Source: a virus (taxonomy: Duplodnaviria; Heunggongvirae; Uroviricota; Caudoviricetes). Taken from it: DNA of 58,724 nt. Every line of letters begins with the position of its first letter. Positions within the stretch are counted from its first letter, which is position 1. A program made the position numbers and the translations under genes. The stretch lies in IMG/VR virus record IMGVR_UViG_3300012007_000007, positions 163,434-222,157 of that record. The stretch is one strand, 5' to 3'. The notes under the pieces were generated by a model. The model made no database searches. It was not told where the DNA came from and saw only the letters and a program-made list of their open reading frames with translations. This document shows positions 55,410-58,724 of the stretch, in pieces.

Positions 55410-55640
55410 ATAAAAGTATAGGCGGAATTGCCTATGCCTTAAATATAGTTTATGGTTGCGTTGGCAACTTGGTTCCATAGACGATTGAAGAAATCGTCCA
55501 CCATTGCCGTCCGACCATCTCTGGTAAGTAAGCAATGAGCATCATCCTCGGTAGTTTCACCAGTTCCCGAAAGGGAAGAGGCCAGAGCTACCAAGTCCGC
55601 TGGCGTGAATTTCCGACGGGCAATGTCGGTATTGAATCTC
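55410..55640 (-). ncRNA. Putative omega-RNA/right-end region overlapping the tnpB 3' end; boundaries approximate
   Basis: CCCGTCGGAAATTCACGCC motif typical of TnpB 3' ends; hairpins GGACGATT/AATCGTCT, GTTGC/GCAAC and ATAGGC/GCCTAT; non-conserved-looking C-terminal protein tail. Confidence 0.6.
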
Positions 55641-56821
55641 TTATTTAGTTCATTGAACAAGGCCTCCGCGAGGATGTTGATTGCGGCGTTGGTATCGCGG
55701 TCGATGACCAGTCCGCATTCCTCGCAGATGAACTCCCGTTCGGACAATGAAAGTTTTTCTTTCACGTGTCCGCAACCGGAACATTTCTTGCTGGACGGGA
55801 AGAACCGTCCGACTTTCAAGAGCATTGTTCCGTACTTGTCACTCTTGTATTCTAGGAACCTACGTATCATGCCGAATCCGCAGTCCGAGATGGCCGATGC
55901 CAACTTGTGGTTGGACACCATGCCCTTGACGTTCAAGTCCTCTATGGCGACAACCATATTGCGCTTGACAATTTCCGTCGTCGCCTTATGTATCAAGTCC
56001 TTTCTGAAGTTCTTGATATAGGCATTCTTCTTGTCGAAAGTCTTCTTGATGTCCTTGTAGTGTGTAGAATTGTACTTCCTGCGAGACATCATCCGCTGAT
56101 ATCGCTTCAGTCGCTTGTAGTGCCGCTTGTTGATATGCTCGTTGGCAACGCATTCCCCTGTCGATAACTGCATCAATGTCTTGACACCCATGTCTATGCC
56201 GACAAGGCCATTCTCGCCAGTTCCATACAAACTTGCGGTGTCATCGTAAGTATAGGATATCGAGATGTACCAACGGTCGTTGCTTCCCTTGGATACAACG
56301 AAGTTGTTGATTTTGCCATGCAAGCATTCTTGTTTGACTGGCTCCGCCAGTCTGACCGGTGTCTTGATTAACGGCAACTTGACATGGGTAGGGTCTACAA
56401 TCCTCGCCTTGTCGTTCTCTATGTAGAACGAACGCTTCGCCTTGTATTTCTTTCGCTTGGGAAACCCGAACAGTTCCGGATTCTCGTAATGCCTTTTCTT
56501 GGCAAGTACGAAGTTCTTGATTGCCTGGTCCATCGCGCCCTTAGGGCTCTCGTACATCCAGTCACTCTTCTGTGCGTTGAACTCCTTGCGGAGTTCCGCA
56601 CACGTCACCGATTTCTGTCCAGCTTTCTTCTTTGCGAACCAGGTATCCCTAGCCCAGTTGTATGCGTAGCGAGCGCAACCGCATGCGCGGTTCAACGCGC
56701 TTGCCGTCTTACCATCAACTATCAACCTTATCTTCTGGGCGGTCGTTATCATATAATAGGAAATGCCCCGAAGACACTTAGTGTAGGATTTAGCATCTTC
56801 AGGGCATCTAAACTCTTTCAT
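55439..56821 (-). CDS. tnpB: TnpB RNA-guided endonuclease (IS200/IS605 OrfB family); alternative start 56752
   Basis: N-terminal HTH (RACGCARYAYNW), RuvC GIDMG, AIEDL, DRDTNAAINI, CSGC...CEEC zinc ribbon. Confidence 0.95.
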   Translation of the reverse strand: MKEFRCPEDAKSYTKCLRGISYYMITTAQKIRLIVDGKTASALNRACGCARYAYNWARDTWFAKKKAGQKSVTCAELRKEFNAQKSDWMYESPKGAMDQAIKNFVLAKKRHYENPELFGFPKRKKYKAKRSFYIENDKARIVDPTHVKLPLIKTPVRLAEPVKQECLHGKINNFVVSKGSNDRWYISISYTYDDTASLYGTGENGLVGIDMGVKTLMQLSTGECVANEHINKRHYKRLKRYQRMMSRRKYNSTHYKDIKKTFDKKNAYIKNFRKDLIHKATTEIVKRNMVVAIEDLNVKGMVSNHKLASAISDCGFGMIRRFLEYKSDKYGTMLLKVGRFFPSSKKCSGCGHVKEKLSLSEREFICEECGLVIDRDTNAAINILAEALFNELNKRFNTDIARRKFTPADLVALASSLSGTGETTEDDAHCLLTRDGRTAMVDDFFNRLWNQVANATINYI

Positions 56822-56924
56822 CGAACCGAAGAAATCCTACTAACTTCAATTCATTAATAAGTTTATATAGTTTCAATTTTATTTTACCTATATGTTACTA
56901 TACATTTATGTATAAAATTATGGA

Positions 56925-58724
56925 CTAGATATTATCTCCAGCTAAGTTCGTTTTTATCCATTCAAGCCAGGTGCCGGATTCTTTGCCGGCCATTTCCATG
57001 CATTTCGTCAGTCGTCCACCAATCGGGTCGTCTCCCAGACGGTGCTTCGGGTCAAAATGGTTACACATAGCGTCCAGAGCCGGATATAGTTCCTTGCTGC
57101 CCAATGGTATGTATTCGGCTATACCGAGGTCATACAGTTTCCATTGCTTATCGTCACCAAGTACCGCTACGAGTGACGAGGTTCCAAAATGCCTAACTGG
57201 AGACTGAATATCCAAGGCGGGTTCCAACGATGATAGTTCCCAGGAAATGCCGTTAAACGCGGCTAGTTGCTTGTGGTTTCGCCCATACTGTATTATATAG
57301 ATATCGGGCGCTTCAGATGCGGTATCGGCAAGCCCGGCCTTCCGGCTCTTTTCGCTGAGGATATCATCCACGCCGGGCCATATCGTGTGCTGCAATAAAT
57401 CAGGCTCGTCATCCATCCAGCTGCCGTTCAGGGGAGACTTAGACGCTATGTCATATATCAGGAACCTGTCCTTCCCCGACCGATTCATTTTAAGCACTGT
57501 TCCATTATACACGCCACTCTGGAAAAGGCCGTCAAATTCAACGGAACACTTCTTGTCGTCCTCAATCGAACGTATAACGAAACGGTCAAATTCATCACTG
57601 ATATATAGGTCATGTGTATATGGATAACACTTACCGTCCATCGGCCGGTCATATATCGGCTTTCCCGATGGCCAGTCGAACAGGAAAGTATTCCCCTTCT
57701 TGTCAGTGCATTCAAGGACTCGGTGTTCGGGCATGGCACATAACATCGGTGAATCTATATCCAGCTGTATTCTTATATCGGCCCACCCGGAATCAAACAG
57801 AGGCTTTCCATCAGGACCCAAGATATTCTTTGTCCTATGTCCACGGTCCGTGGATATTATGCCTTCGGTGTCGCTGCACATGGTCAGGTTGTCCATGGTG
57901 AACTTGCCGGTTGACAGGTCGAACAACAGCTCATTTCCACCATACGGGATTACGTGGACCAAGGACCCGTACCTTGGCGGAAGCATCGTCATGCTTTCGC
58001 AGTTATCATGCAGCTTGCGTTCCTTTCCGTCGATTAGGGCATACAGCGTTGCATCCAGCAGGTATACAAGCGATGCCTTGCTCCTTGACGGGTAGATATA
58101 TGCCAGCGACTTGAGGTCTCCCTCGGTATACCTGCGCATCCCCAGGATTTCCCTGTACCGGCCATCCGCGTAGCTTATGACCTCGGGGCATCCGTCAACC
58201 GTGTCGAAATCGGTGACGTACTCGCTGGAATCAATGTCGCAACATATCAACTTGTCGTCTTCCCTGACGCTTATCCGGCGATGAAAACTGGAAACTCCGG
58301 TAAAGTCGCTGTTTACGAGTATCTGCGTATCGCCATTATCGCGGTACCCAACCTCGGCAAGATACAAGTGCGGCAGACCTATCGAAGTCACGTCGACAAC
58401 TTCCTCATCCAGCAGGCTGTCTTCCTGGCAATCGATGTCATTTGACCCAAGCACGATGCTATCGCCGTCGGCACGAAGCAGGCATTGCAGGCATATGTCG
58501 TCGCCGTATTCGTCGGTACCGGACAGCGCCTCCGCGTATATGCATGTGTCATCCAGGGGCCTGAATGCCTTGAGCTCGACATCCCACTTCGGCCGCATGG
58601 TCTGGCTGTCGAGCAGTATAAAGGAACCGGATGACATCTCATATACAGTCAGGTCCCATCCATAACTATTTGCGTATTGTTTCCCATATTCCCTAAGCCG
58701 TGAGCCGTCGAACACATCTTCCGG
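56925..58724 (-). CDS. Hypothetical protein (at least 599 aa), 5' end probably outside the window; possible beta-repeat fold
   Basis: Frame is open upstream of the GTG at 58715 to the window edge. Confidence 0.65.
   Translation of the reverse strand, partial: PEDVFDGSRLREYGKQYANSYGWDLTVYEMSSGSFILLDSQTMRPKWDVELKAFRPLDDTCIYAEALSGTDEYGDDICLQCLLRADGDSIVLGSNDIDCQEDSLLDEEVVDVTSIGLPHLYLAEVGYRDNGDTQILVNSDFTGVSSFHRRISVREDDKLICCDIDSSEYVTDFDTVDGCPEVISYADGRYREILGMRRYTEGDLKSLAYIYPSRSKASLVYLLDATLYALIDGKERKLHDNCESMTMLPPRYGSLVHVIPYGGNELLFDLSTGKFTMDNLTMCSDTEGIISTDRGHRTKNILGPDGKPLFDSGWADIRIQLDIDSPMLCAMPEHRVLECTDKKGNTFLFDWPSGKPIYDRPMDGKCYPYTHDLYISDEFDRFVIRSIEDDKKCSVEFDGLFQSGVYNGTVLKMNRSGKDRFLIYDIASKSPLNGSWMDDEPDLLQHTIWPGVDDILSEKSRKAGLADTASEAPDIYIIQYGRNHKQLAAFNGISWELSSLEPALDIQSPVRHFGTSSLVAVLGDDKQWKLYDLGIAEYIPLGSKELYPALDAMCNHFDPKHRLGDDPIGGRLTKCMEMAGKESGTWLEWIKTNLAGDNI

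Noticed and set aside
55389-56900. Complete autonomous IS200/IS605 or IS607 element
   Set aside because: No tnpA between the flanking genes; the left end could not be defined from sequence alone
3050-58665. Numerous antisense and alternate-frame ORFs over long genes
   Set aside because: Expected shadows of GC3-rich coding sequence; Arg/Pro/Gly-rich translations with no motifs or start signals

Overview
A 58.7-kb segment of a large, T4-like contractile-tailed (probably jumbo) bacteriophage. The host is probably in the FCB group, most likely Fibrobacter-like (inferred from FISUMP/Fib_succ_major-like domains and a recurring TTGCTATATTTG promoter motif). Left end: a minus-strand cluster of 17 tRNA genes interrupted by an HNH homing endonuclease, then a separate tRNA-Gly followed by a 257-nt structured RNA. 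Middle: NAD-dependent DNA ligase, patatin phospholipase, PD-(D/E)XK nuclease, HExxH peptidase and GNAT genes, then a ~31-kb minus-strand tail-fibre/baseplate block (gp6- and gp7-like) containing a GT2-TPR glycosyltransferase. Right end: gp14/gp13-like neck genes, DEDDh exonuclease, PRTase, 2H phosphoesterase, ferritin-like protein and a standalone intact TnpB. The most notable observation is non-coding. The tRNA cluster is preceded by a sigma70-like promoter, an unannotated 35-codon Ala-rich leader peptide and mutually exclusive antiterminator/terminator hairpins, i.e. an apparent ribosome-mediated attenuator controlling tRNA genes. The first four genes behind it are tRNA-Ala that all carry the same one-nucleotide acceptor-stem bulge, and the cluster also holds a 70-nt CCA-ending RNA with an Ala-type G3:U70 acceptor end. 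All calls are from manual reading; no searches or folding programs were run.
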